Shown here piece by piece: positions 1 through 11,771 of a stretch of DNA of 64,000 nucleotides (the stretch's first letter is position 1; every line of letters begins with the position of its first letter). The position numbers and the translations under genes were made by a program. This DNA is from Azolla caroliniana (Eukaryota; Plantae; Polypodiophyta): the NCBI GenBank assembly GCA_043228905.1, contig JBHGNT010000018.1, positions 17,112,001 through 17,176,000 on the forward strand. The letters run 5' to 3'. The notes beneath the pieces are model-generated. The model had not been told where the DNA came from. It saw nothing but the letters and a program-made list of their open reading frames with translations, and searched no databases.

Positions 1-543
1 AAAGATTAGTAAACGGCGTCGTCAATTGGGAGTAATTACAAAGAGACTTTCGCAAAAACCCCACAAAACCAAGGAATGATCGAACTTCTCGAATATTCCG
101 AAGAGTGGGCCAAAGCTTGATTTTCTCAATGTGAGAAGGATCAATTTCAACTCCTCGTTCAGTTATGAGATGTCCTAGATAAGTAATTGATTTCTTGAAG
201 AACTCACATTTTGAGATCTTCGCATAAAACTGTTTGTCACGCAATGTTTGTAAAACAAAGCGGACATGTCTAGCATGTTCTTGTAATGTACGGCTATAAA
301 CTAAAATATCATCCAAGAAAATAACGACAAATTTTCCAAGTTGTTCTCGGAAAATGTCATTCATTTCTTGTTGAAAAGTAGCCGGAGCATTGGTCAAACC
401 AAAAGGCATAACCAAAAACTCGTAATGGCCATAGCGCGTACGAAATGCCGTTTTAGGAACATCGTCCTCACTTATTCGTATTTGATGGTAGCCAGTACGG
501 AGATCAAGTTTCGTAAAATACCGAGCTCCCTGGAGACGGTCAA

Positions 544-2430
544 TTAGATCGTCAGCCGGGGCAATGGATACGAATTCTTGATCGTCACTTTATTCAAGCG
601 TCGGTAATTAATACACATACGCCATGTGCCCTCTTTCTTTTTAACCAAGAGAACTGGTGCACCCCATGGAGATTTACTATAACGTATATAACCCATTCGT
701 AAATAGTCCTTGAGTTGCTTAGATACCTCATCTTCTTCGGATCGACTTAAGCGATACGGAGGTATACTTATTGGTGCAACACCAGGTACAATATCTATAC
801 GATGGTCTATATTACGTTTAGGAGGTAACCCATTAGGTAGTTCACTTGGAAAAACATCATGAAAATCATTTAAGATTTCATCAAGTTGTTGTTGTTCAAA
901 ATATGTTAATTGAATCGGGACATTATCGATATTGTAAACGTGAATGTCCGGATCAAGTACACAATAAAATAACGTAGAATAAGACAACTCGGATATTGAT
1001 GGACACGAGGAAACAATCGAGAGGGATTGTTTTTTTACACATTGAATAAAATGCGTACAATCGTTCAGTACAAAAGAAATGGAATGACGAACCCAATCAA
1101 TAAATAAAGAAGAGTTTTTATTATAAAACCAGGGATAACCCAGTATTACATCGGTGGTACAAAGATTCATTACATGGAAGTCTACTTCCTCTATATAAGT
1201 ATCAATAGAAATTCCTAATGAATGAATCGCCCCGTTGATGTATTGTACTCTTCCATCAGCCAAGTGCACCGTGTAGGTGTGATCACTTACGGTGGGTTGG
1301 ATTCCCCATATCTGAACCAAACGATCATTCACAAAATTGTGTGAGCTTCCCGAATCAAATAAAAATTGTACGGGAGATCCATTGATATACCCGTTTGCAC
1401 GTAGTAAATCATTGGGACCCAATACATAGTGAGGGAAAGAACATTGACAAGTACTTAAATGATGTGTATAGACCTGAAGGACATTAGGAATCTGACCTTT
1501 ATGGTCTGCAGCTTTAGCTTTGTTGTCGTGCTCTTTCCGTTGGAGCTTTCGACATTGATCTTTTGTATGACCCTTCTTTTTGCAGAATACACAAAAAGGA
1601 TGTTGTCGCTTACAATCGCGATCCAGGAATTCGTTGGGTGTCTTGTGTTTCCCAACAAATTGCGGTTGCTTAGTCCCGGGCGCTTCGTTGGGTTTGTTAT
1701 GGTCCTTCTTCGAAGTGCGTTGATAGCGAAGAACTATTTCAACGGCCTCTTCGAAGGATTTTGGATCCTTATCGTGCACTATCCAGTGATAGTCCGAATT
1801 GGGGATGCCATTGACAAAACAAGCTATCAACCAATTGTCCCCTTCTAGACCCGATTTTTGGATTTGGGTTCTAGCATGGTGAACATAGTCTTCTAGCGAG
1901 GAAAATTTCCTGCTAGAGAGGTTCATTAAAGCTTGTGCTGCCTCGGTTCGAGAGGGAGGTTGCAGAAATTGGCCCTTAAAAACCGTGACAAAATCTGTCC
2001 AGGTATCGGGCAATTTCCCCATAGTACGGAGGCCACGCCACCAGGCGGCGGCCTTACCCCCGAGTTCTCGACCGACATATGCAATCTTCGTACTATCTGG
2101 CGTGGGATAGAGCTCAAAATGAGACTCCCATCGTCCCAGCCATGTGCAGATTGCTTCTTCGGTTCTTTCCTTTTTGTCTCCCGTAAATGGCTTAACGACA
2201 AATGATGGTTCACCTTGTCGCTCATCAGGTCTATTAGTCTCACGTTGTAGACTAATGACACGTGCCTCAAGAGCACTCTGAGATTGCCGAAGTTCGGTCA
2301 TCTGTTGAGCGGTGAAACTAAGGTATTGGGTTATTTGTGCCAAATACATCTCAGTGGACATTTGTCCAGGAGGATTCCCTTGAGTTCCTTCCGCTTGAGC
2401 GGATGACATTGGGTCGTTAATTTGAGCCAT
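544..2430 (-). pseudogene. A gag-protease-RT (N-terminal part), frameshifted at YPLPR; RT/RNase H continues in another frame to position 1
   Basis: CCHC knuckle [14 protein letters not shown], protease [25 protein letters not shown] 1-nt loss turns the expected LPRIDD into [19 protein letters not shown] and FLDDILVY lie downstream in another frame. Confidence 0.92.
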
Positions 2431-3618
2431 TAAAGATTATTTCTGGAAAAGAAATAGGATAAGGTCAGAGATATAGTCATAACATCATGTCGTGATGTAA
2501 ACATATCATGGGCGAGCATTAATCGATATCATTATCTCACGTCAATACCCCTCTGGACGTATGAGATGAGGTTCAAGATCAGGTTACTATGGTAACACAA
2601 AGGTGTTTTAAAAACCATGGGGGTGACAAATAAATGTCTTTCCCTGATCTCTATATCGATTTTTTCATGGTGGCTCCCCGAGGCTCAACCATGTATGTTC
2701 GCGTCATGAATAGTTTATACACGAAAAAAATGTTAACAATAAACTATGTTTCGGTGCCCACATAAGTGGTTTTGGCTCTTTAAGTCCTATTACGAGGACC
2801 CCGAGGTGCACTTAGACCTTAAGTCTAAACATGTGTTATAGTCATATGTATCAAGGATGTTGTATGGTCTTGGTCATATTTGAACTCGAGACCTCGAGAA
2901 CAAATACATTAAACACTTGAGCCAACCAAGTAAGTTGCTCTTCTCGAATGCTTAATGTTTGATGCGTATAAGAGATATGCGAGGCAATTGATCATATATG
3001 TTTTTTTAAAAGAACATATATGTCAAGGGTCCTTATTTCGCCCTCATTTACCAAAACTATGTTGGTACGTTACCTAACCTCAAGTCTCGTAATTACGATG
3101 GCATACGCCAAAGTGCAACCTAATGGTCAAGCCAAATGAGCCCTTGTTTCGTAGTAGGCTCACCTGGGCCATCACATGGTCACGTCATTACGAATGCCTC
3201 TCGTAAGAACGAGCTCATGGTGGCATCGTATCCATGTAACGAGGGAGGGATGTTGGATACGTGCGTCATTGGAGCGACCTCACTTGAAGTGGGTCAAGCC
3301 CTACGTACTCAACATCATTTTGGCTATTGGCGTTTCTTTACGTAACGAAATCGAGGTCGTCAACGGGGTTATCAACAATAAAAAAATGTTGAAAAAGGGA
3401 TGGTGACAACGCCATTCTCACAAAAATGTGAGGACGGCCACCAACATCCTTTTCCCGACCATGACAACTTTCGATATAATCACGTAATAACGAATATACA
3501 CATATGTTTACGTATCACATATATACGATCAAATACGTATATATGTGACCACATATGCCTATATTAAACATATCGTTATAGTAAATAGCCACAAATGATG
3601 TGATCGAGATACGTAATC

Positions 3619-3861
3619 GAGGTATATACCTCTACGCACACGAAACATCCACAAATAAGAGATCATCGTAATTTGCAATGGAGGTATTGACCTCTTACGC
3701 ATACTAGACCAAACGCATATCGTTTACAACAAATCAAGGTATTAAACTCATACGCAAACGTAACATATGTTCGTGAACGTAATACGTAATTGAGGTATTA
3801 ACCTCGTACGCATACGACACTCATCACATATTATTAATATGTCAAACGAGGTATTGACCTC
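3619..3861. repeat. Five spaced palindromic motifs GAGGTAtt(g/a)ACCTC in A's 5' UTR
   Basis: Copies at 3619, 3681, 3736, 3792 and 3848 (spacing 55-62 bp), most followed by tacgca. Confidence 0.8.
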
Positions 3862-4118
3862 GTGCACATATGTAAACGTTTTAGAGAATCAATTAAAGAC
3901 CACTACAACATCATTGACTTAATGAAAAAAATTACATATAAACTAAACACATGATTAGATGGGAGAAGAGAGAATAGAAAGAAAAATTATGGAAAGAGTT
4001 ACCGAAGTTCTTTGTTGATCGTTGTCTGGATCAAGGCCAACCGCACAACGATCGATCAACATCAATCAAAAGACAAATGAAAAACAAAGAAACATTAGTA
4101 CAAAAATCTGATACCAAA

Positions 4119-4573
4119 TATTATAGATCTTGATACTAACGTAAGCTTAAGATAAGGACAATGAAAAGATAGATAGAAAGGAGAAAGAGAAAGAAGGGTG
4201 CCGATCCACCCGACCACCCCCGAGCGAAGGGATCGAGACGGACTCGAGCCTTGATCGGCGTCCCATACCACCGCCGTGGCGTCGAGTCGTACCTGGTGCT
4301 GGCGCGCTCGCTACAAGAATTGACCCACCACACGAGCAGAGTCTCGATGTAGTCAAAAGATGATCAAATGAGGGTAGCTAGGCCTCTTATTTATAGCGAA
4401 ACCCAAGGCCCCCAGGCAAGTTCACACTTGACCTAATGGGTTGTCTCAATCCCGAGGATTAAAAGTAATCCTCCCCTTCTTTACACTCTCATTTAACCCT
4501 CACACTTATCCACGTGTATAGAATACTACGGTAAATTCTTACCACGGGATATTATATGGTCATGCCCGTAACA
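4119..4573 (-). repeat. 5' LTR of A
   Basis: Starts 2 nt from the Met PBS. Termini tattata...gtaaca (inner TG mutated to TA). Partner LTR is outside the window. Confidence 0.75.
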
Positions 4574-4799
4574 ACAAGGCATGCAACTAGCACAATGATT
4601 CTATTACAGGGGGACTATGGTAGACCAATATCTATCTCACTTTTGATATGGCTAACATCCATCAAACCTAGTAGTATTGAGGGAGTAATCACTTCACAAA
4701 ATGGTCAACTTTGAGTACAGTTTCGAGTGACATGTTAACATTTTTTTTCCATAAAAAATATCCTCCATTGGTATTAAAATTAAAGGCTAGAGGCAATAT

Positions 4800-5860
4800 A
4801 CAGAATAGTTCACTATTACAATGAATATTGCATATCTTGTTATTAGTGATGTCCACAAGACAACATCTTTCATTGGAAAATTGTTGAACACTCATGTAAC
4901 TTCAGAAACCCAACCACATTTAGCATCCATATTAAGCAAGGAATTGCCACCAACAACATTGGTTAAAAAAAACCCCTCCTTTTACAAGCTGACTACGGAT
5001 TTCTTAGCCTTTATCAATGGAATATATGCCATTGCAAGCTTGAAATCCCAAGAAACTATTATCGCATCCGGAGACATTCCCTCAAACAGCGAACAAGCTT
5101 TGACAAGGGCCACAAAAATATGTGTTGTACCATGTATTACTTAGCATTCCTTCAGTTTTTGGTGTAGTTTGATGATCCACAATCTCATCATGGATTTGCT
5201 TACCTTTTTCTATATCTCTTGAGCTACCACAAGCCTTCAAGATGCATATGAAGGTGATAATATCTAGGGAAAGGCCCTCATTTTGCATCTGCTTGAAGGA
5301 ACTAAAGCTTCATGAACTTGATTATGCTTAGTATACCCAACAATAAGCACATTCCAAGAGACAATATTTCGATCAGGAAGCCGTTTCTACACTCTCTGCT
5401 TTTGCAAGCATCCCACATTTGACATACATATCCACCAAGCTGGTACGAAGTATAGTATCCCCCTCCAGTAACTGCATACTCATGATTATGTCATGAATTT
5501 GCTCTCTTATGTGCATTGTTTTTGTGCTTCTACAAACCTTCAATATACAAATGAAGGTGATTGCATCTGGAGAAAGCCCCTCACTTTGCATGTGTTCAAA
5601 ACCGTACAACACTTCATAACATTGCCATTGTTGGACATATCCTACAAGTAATGCATTCCAAAAGATGACATTTCGAGTCGGAAGCTCTTCAAGAACTTCT
5701 TGAGCCTTGGCAAAAACATTTGGCATACATATCGATTAAAGCAATCCCTAGTAAGATGTCTTTATCATGCAAGCATCTACACACAACCTCCTCATGAATT
5801 TGTTTGCCCTTATCTAATGCTCGTATGTTGCTACACACCTTCAAACGACATGTAGTTAAC
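4800..5860 (-). pseudogene. PLS-class pentatricopeptide repeat (PPR) protein pseudogene
   Basis: Fragments such as NVIFWNALLVGY, MQSEGLSPDAITFICILKVC, TSLVDMYVKCGMLAKA and ITFICILKACGS, broken by stops and frameshifts. Confidence 0.85.
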
Positions 5861-6664
5861 ATTTAGCTTGATTAACTTTTAATTAAGGATTTAATTAAAG
5901 TAGAGAGACAACCTTCAAGAGTAGTATGATAACAACAAGTTAAAATTATGTTTTCCTCTATTGGGGGGATCTTTACATTGTTTATAAAGGAAGCAATGAG
6001 GAGGGATTTTGAGAATCCATCATCTTACTTTTATTGTGGGTTGCAATTAATGGTGACTTTCATGAGAGCCTACATGAGAGGGCTAATCATGAGTAGGTCA
6101 AGGTTAGAAGATGTATTGTGTGGTCAACAAGTGATTAGGTGCGTAGGTTAAGAGATTGTCTTGAAGGTAGCCCAGGTGCACAATCGGCTTAATTAATCAA
6201 TTCACTTAACATGCATATCCCAATTCTCTACCATATACCCTACCACCCTCTCAACTTTCTTGATTTTCAACTCACCATATGTCATACTTCTATGACAAAT
6301 TTTGCAAAGAGCTTAGCGCCGAATAACACATAGCCACTTGCATCTTCATAATGCTAATCATCTAGTCTAACAACTCAAGGCAACTAGAACTAAACTATCA
6401 AAGTGCACACAATTTGAGGTCTCATTGGGTGGTGAAGTTACTTAATGGTATAAGCAGGTCCTGACTAGTTGCTTTCTCACATTCCATGAGCTTTGTGTGG
6501 CCTTTCAATGCATGCTCAATCAGAACTACTTGTCTAAGATGTATTATAACCACTTTTATATGGCATGCACGCTTCCCCAAAGACACATTAAGCAACAGAC
6601 CCCCATTCAAATTAAGCAATTGTTGCACCACCTCTTGACTTGGCTAAGGAAGTGTACCTAAAAG

Positions 6665-7040
6665 TGTTAGGATCGTAGCTGGCCACAACCAGTTTGCACA
6701 CTTCCTTATGAGGGTGCAAAGATCAGGTTGACAAACTACAATACACAAACAAAGTAGAAAAAAGAGAATAGAGACACAAAATGTTTTACGTGGAAAACCC
6801 GAAAGGGAAAAACCATGGGCGTCCACAAACCCCAAGAAATGAATCACTAAGTGTATAGAGAGAAGTCAAGGAGACTCGGAGGCAACAACCTTGAGCTCGT
6901 CTTCGTCTAACAGACGATTGCAAAGTTACTACTCTCACTCTTACTAGTTATAGAGGCAACTACTCACTATAACTTGTTACAACTATAATGATTATCTCCT
7001 TCACTAACTACTTGCCCTAAGTGTATATATACTCATATAT
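6665..7040 (-). repeat. Element N: partial Copia-type LTR, interrupted by K
   Basis: Starts TGTTAGG. Contains tttacgtggaaaaccc...gggaaaaaccatgg and ttgccctaagt...tatatact, motifs shared with the L and M LTRs. Confidence 0.65.
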
Positions 7041-7508
7041 TGTTGCCGGTTAGGAACACGGCCTACCCTCAGTCCTTCGGGGTAGGTATCAAGGTGATCG
7101 TGGGGCAAGGGTAGGATTTTGCGTAGCGCGTGGAGTGTATTGACTTATATCGTTAGAGAGTGTACAAAAGGCGTAAAACTGGAGATGGCTACAACCGAGT
7201 TCCTAATGTGCGTAACTACACACATGTACTCCTTTTACACGGTTACGCCTTAAACAGTCACACAGAGACAATAGAGAAGAGACCAAGGATAAAAGACAAC
7301 GCTTAGAGAAGACAGAAACTATATTAAACGACTATGCTCAGAAATGCGCTAACCCTTTACAATGTTCATATGCCCTTTATATACACAGGGCCTAGTCGAT
7401 TACGCTTCCCGTGTGACCTGTTACACACGTTACTTCAATGCTTCTATTATAACTAATACGCCTCTTTATCCTGCGTTATTTACGTTTGTCTTCTTATGGA
7501 GGACACCA
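7041..7508 (-). repeat. 3' LTR of K
   Basis: tgttgccggttaggaacacgg...ggacacca; start and end resemble E's LTR (tgttgccgattaggaatacgg...ggacaaca). Confidence 0.8.
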
Positions 7509-7558
7509 CCTGGCACGCCTATGGGACAGTGCCTTGGCACGTCAGACCCCTCCTCCCT

Positions 7559-10408
7559 TTACTCGTCTACCAAAATATCGAGGATATTTGGCTCTGGGCG
7601 CCTGTCGTTACTTGCCGTGATTGGTGGTGCCGTAATGTGGTTGGGCTTGTCGCTTTGTGGCTCAACCGGCACTTCCGCCTGTAGTCTCTCCGTGGGTGGC
7701 TCCGACCGTATTTCTTCTTGTACTACTTCCTCCGCAGTGACTGCCATGGCTCAGACTGTGTCGTTGGGTACGGTCGTCGTAGTCATCTCCGGAGTGCCTG
7801 CCTGTTCGGTAGGGGTCTCGTCTTGCTCCGCAGAGTCTGGGCATGACTCCTCCAGGCCTGTTTCTTGCGTGGGGGCCTGGTCCTCTTCTTGCGACGTTTC
7901 TATGGTGGGCTCGGTTGGTACGCCATCTATGGGCAAGGAAACGTCGTTTCTTGGCGGCTCTATTGTTGGGCGTGGACAGACATCTAGGTGTGACTCTTCT
8001 GTGCCTGTTTCTTGCATGGGGGCCTTGTCCTCTTCTCGCGACGTTTCTGTGGTGGGTTCGGCTGGTATGCTGTCTGTGGGCGAGGAAACGTTGTTTCTTG
8101 GCGGCTCTGTCGCTGTGCATGGACAGACATATGGGCGTGACTCTTCCGGGCTTATTTCTTGCGTGGGGGCCTCCGACATTGTTGTTACCTCCGGAGCGTC
8201 ATTAGGATCAGTTGGAGGCATGTTTTATCCGTAGAGTCGTTGTCCTGGATGGAAATCGCCTCCGCCCTCTTCAATTCCTTCGCCTTTTGATGCTCGCTTC
8301 CGATCGCGCACAACTGGTGGAAGATATATTCCAGACTTTCGCCGAAATCTTCCAGCAGTTGTGCTATCTCCTCTACGTCTCGGTTGGCTAACGCGTGATA
8401 GTCCTGTGTTAGGTCTTCTCGTACCGCGACGATGCTCTCTTCATTTAGCTTATAGAAGCCTACCTTCTTTGCACCGATTTTCCCAGTCCACTCGGTAGGT
8501 GTGGAGTTCGGCCGCTTGTTTTACCCATCTGGCCCAACCCTTGTCCAAGGCTGCTTGCAACTACGCCGTAAATCGTTCCTGCTTTGTTTGGAGGAGTACG
8601 CGGATCCGGTTCTTTTGTATTTGGGAGTGGGCTTGCGAATCCTCTAAAGCCTTCTTCAAATTCTCAATTTTCCTTTTGTTGGCTGTCGTCGCCTCTTCAT
8701 AGTGGGTCTTCATCTGTGCCCAGATCTGGGACTCCTTCAAGTGCAGCTCCTTGAGCCGGCCCATTTCATTATTCAGGCGTATTTCGACTTGGTGGGTTTG
8801 TTCATGCTCAAGTGCGAGCTGCTCTTCATACCACACTTTCTTCTTTTGTGCTAATTCCCATAACGTCATAATGACGACCTCCTTTTTGCTTGCTTCCTCA
8901 TGCAACTTTTCCTTCTCTTCCTTTGTTCGGCCATGTGCCGCTACCTCCACATCGAGCTTATCTTGAAGTGTTTTGACGCCTTGCTTCCTTTCGCCTTGAT
9001 GTCTGCTTCCCTGTCAGAGCTATGATCTAAGCCGGTCAATCTTCGTTTCGGCTAGCTTCGTAGCCCTTTTTGCCTTTGCTGTGAGTGCTGCTTGGGTCTC
9101 CACCTCTTCCCTTAGCGTCTGAACTTCCGTGTCGTGTGGGGCAGGGGCCGGAGGGGGTTGCGTACTGGCCACATTGTTCTCTAGTTGCGCGATGCGCTCC
9201 TACGCCTTGTTCAATTGTTCTTGGGTCACTTTTACTATTTTCCAAACATTTTTATTTTTGATTGCCATATCTTTGGCACCCAGGCTCACTTTTGCTAACT
9301 CCCGATGAACCTCCACTAAGGCAACATTCAGGGGAGGCAATTCAATTCCAACGTGCCAGATCCCTGCATTAAGTTTCCGGCCCACTTTCGCTAGTGGACC
9401 CTCATCTTCGCTCTCCACCGTCTGTGTTAGTGCACGCTCAATCATCTAGTGTTCCATGTGCTCATTGGCCATTCGCTGGGACACCTTGATCTGCTGTGTC
9501 GCCAGGGATTCCATGAGTTCATATGTTGTCCTGAATTGTAACAATGTGCCGAACTCATGGTTCGTATCCGGAATGTTCGGATAGCTTAACACTTCACTTT
9601 CGGCCATAAGCACGCCTTTTCCACATTGCGATTGTGCCGTTATGATTGGTTGCAACTCATGGATGAGCTCTAGTGTAGATGTGGGCTCTGTGGGCGCACA
9701 ATCTTCCACCCGTGCGTCTGCATCCTTTACCAGTCCGCGACCATCATTGCGATCCAGCCGTCGACGCTTAGGCCTAGGGCTACTGTGGCTTGGCTCTGGT
9801 TGTTCCTGTTTGGCCGTAGATGGCGCTTCGCCGGAATCGACGCAGTTGGCTTGCCTTTCCTCTTGCATCAGCGCTTTTTCGACGGTGGCAGGGTTTGGTT
9901 CTTCCTCCCATTCCGTCGTCGCTAGATCCGTTAATCGCCATTTCGCGGACCGAGGTGGAGGTGTGGGTCTTGTATCCGGTGCGGGTAGTTCTCAAGGAGG
10001 AAACAACACGGTTAAGTACTGTTGTATTATTGGATGCAGCTTCTTCCTAGCTTGAAAGGCGTGCAAGCCTTTTCTTAACGATGGGCCCGTGATTACTCCC
10101 CAATCCATGGCGTGGCCCTCGAACGTGTCGATGACGATGCCGACTTTCTGCTTTAGCATCCCATAAGCGTTCACATGGGCGCAACCGACTTACAATAAAA
10201 ATTTCGCAACCTCTCGAAAAAAAATGTTCGGAATGTCCTTTGTTCTGTTGGCTTTGGCGGAGGTTGAGTACTCTCTGAAATATCTTTCCAGGTCTTCTGT
10301 AGGGGGAATCTCGAAATGTTTCTCTCCTACCTCTGTCAAACCCAGCTTCTTTCTGATGCTGGCATTCATAATTGTGCCGCCATTGAGCTTCTTGGGGATT
10401 TCTTGAGC
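7559..10408 (-). pseudogene. K additional 3' ORF (C-terminal part): conserved domain, coiled-coil region and Pro/Glu/Thr repeats; N-terminus at 28259-28587
   Basis: Joined across C's TSD it reads WLLEKGFEGYIQVAEAPPHPDAQEIPKK...YFREYSTSAKANRT...TFEGHAMDW, homologous to I's ORF 45178-46068. A 147-bp (49-aa) repeat occurs at 7861, 8008 and 8155. Confidence 0.75.
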
Positions 10409-11099
10409 TGTTGAGAATCAAACTCAACTTCCCATAGATAGGTTTCACACTAACTCATGGACATTCCAGGCTAGTTTTATAAATAGTAGAAAGGGCGCTT
10501 GCCCTAGCTTAGTTGGTATATAAACCAACTCATTGTAACTTAGTTAATGTTGGATGTATTTTGTTTCGTTAATATAATATACGCTTTTGTTTATCTCTGT
10601 CTCTTAAGCTCTCCATCTCTGTCTGTCTCTGTCTCTCTCTCTGTTGTTACACATACACACACCTACGTTCACCTTCTGTTGCATTGCAATCACCACAGAC
10701 TCCATTTCCTAACATGGTATCAGAGTGTGTGGTTGCCTGATCAAGCATTTTTTATTGTGTCGTGTTGCACACTGAAGATCAACAGAACCGGCCCATCGAC
10801 AGAGAAGAAATCACCATGAATACTCAAATGGGAAGCGCTCTTCCTACCGAGAAGCTCAACAGAACGAACTTCGCATCTTGGGAATACAAGATGCATCAAT
10901 ATCTTGTCAGACAAGGCTACTGGAGCTACATCGAAGGAGCTCACGAATCACACCCCCAACCCAACACATGCCAACTATCCCGCTTGGGAGCAGGCCACAA
11001 GCCGTTGTCGTAGTGTATTTTGTACACTACGTGAAAAACGTATATAGTATTAGATTCAATAAAAAATGAAGAAATAGAAGAAAATAGCAAAATAAATGG

Positions 11100-11175
11100 A
11101 ACATGCATAGGGCAAGATTCGAACCTTGCACCTCCATGTTAATAATGTAATGTCTTACCATTACACTAGCATTTC
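11100..11175 (-). ncRNA. tRNA-like (A-box/B-box) cassette in B's LTR; second copy ~16359-16434
   Basis: rc reads TAGTGTAATGGTAAG...GCAAGGTTCGAATCTTGC with a TTTT run just downstream. Not a canonical tRNA. Confidence 0.6.
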
Positions 11176-11737
11176 ATTAGTGTTAAAGCATAGATGTCCC
11201 ACATAGAAAGGTAAATTCACGCTAGGATAAACATTAGAAAAACGCATAACAAAAGAAAAAGCTACACATACACATCTAGCGCGCATGATAAAAAACGCAC
11301 AAGTTAGAAAAAAGCATGATCACTTTAGATAAAGCATATAGTCTATCTATAGGAAAAGCATGGGGTCTAAACTTAGAGAAAAAGCATGGATTACTAAGAC
11401 TTCCTCATCACTACATAAGGATGGGGAGCACAATGTAATTGTGTGTGAAAAATATTTGGAAACTGGATATGTTTCTAAAAAACACCAATTAATAAACTAT
11501 ACTCGTGGGATTCACGAGAATTCTATATCATTCTCTTTCAACCGAAGTTTATATTCTTATATTCATATTGATTAATCTAATACAATACACTCGTGGGATT
11601 CACGAGTTTGCTATAACTCTTTCTTACAACATATTTATATTCTTATTAGCCTTAAAACTCTCCTCTTCCTAGTCCAAAACCCCAGCGGTTCCCACCCGAC
11701 TCACGCAACGATCCGGAGCCGAAAGGCACGACACAGT

Positions 11738-11754
11738 TGGTGAACCCGACGTGA
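11738..11754 (+). promoter_or_regulatory. PBS complementary to the tRNA-Trp 3' end
   Basis: TGGTGAACCCGACGTGA; the same sequence is in D (rc 25029-25045). It matches the plant tRNA-Trp end ...TCACGTCGGGTTCACCA as recalled. Confidence 0.85.
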
Positions 11755-11771
11755 AGACGGGTGGCAAGGAG

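Larger units (their letters stand above)
1..4573 (-). mobile_element. Element A: Ty3/Gypsy LTR retrotransposon (chromovirus-like RT), 5' part; continues left of the window
   Basis: Gag-PR-RT ORF on the - strand. tRNA-Met PBS (rc TGGTATCAGA) at 4107-4116. Adjacent LTR 4119-4573 whose outer end reads TGTTACGGG on the - strand. Confidence 0.9.

Noticed and set aside
5860-6664. Possible coding remnant between the PPR pseudogene and LTR N
   Set aside because: Only short ORFs, with no motif I can recognise.
7041-7527. K as a + strand element with a normal PBS at 7511
   Set aside because: The homologous LTR in E has the same orientation, with gag-pol and the true PBS on the - strand. K's own pol pieces are also on the - strand.
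7362-8234. 290-aa Ser/Val/Gly-rich ORF on the + strand
   Set aside because: It is the antisense mirror of K's 147-bp repeat region and has no independent support.
11100-11175. Functional suppressor tRNA (TTA anticodon loop)
   Set aside because: No convincing acceptor stem, mismatched D and anticodon stems and a 6-nt T loop. Kept only as tRNA-like.
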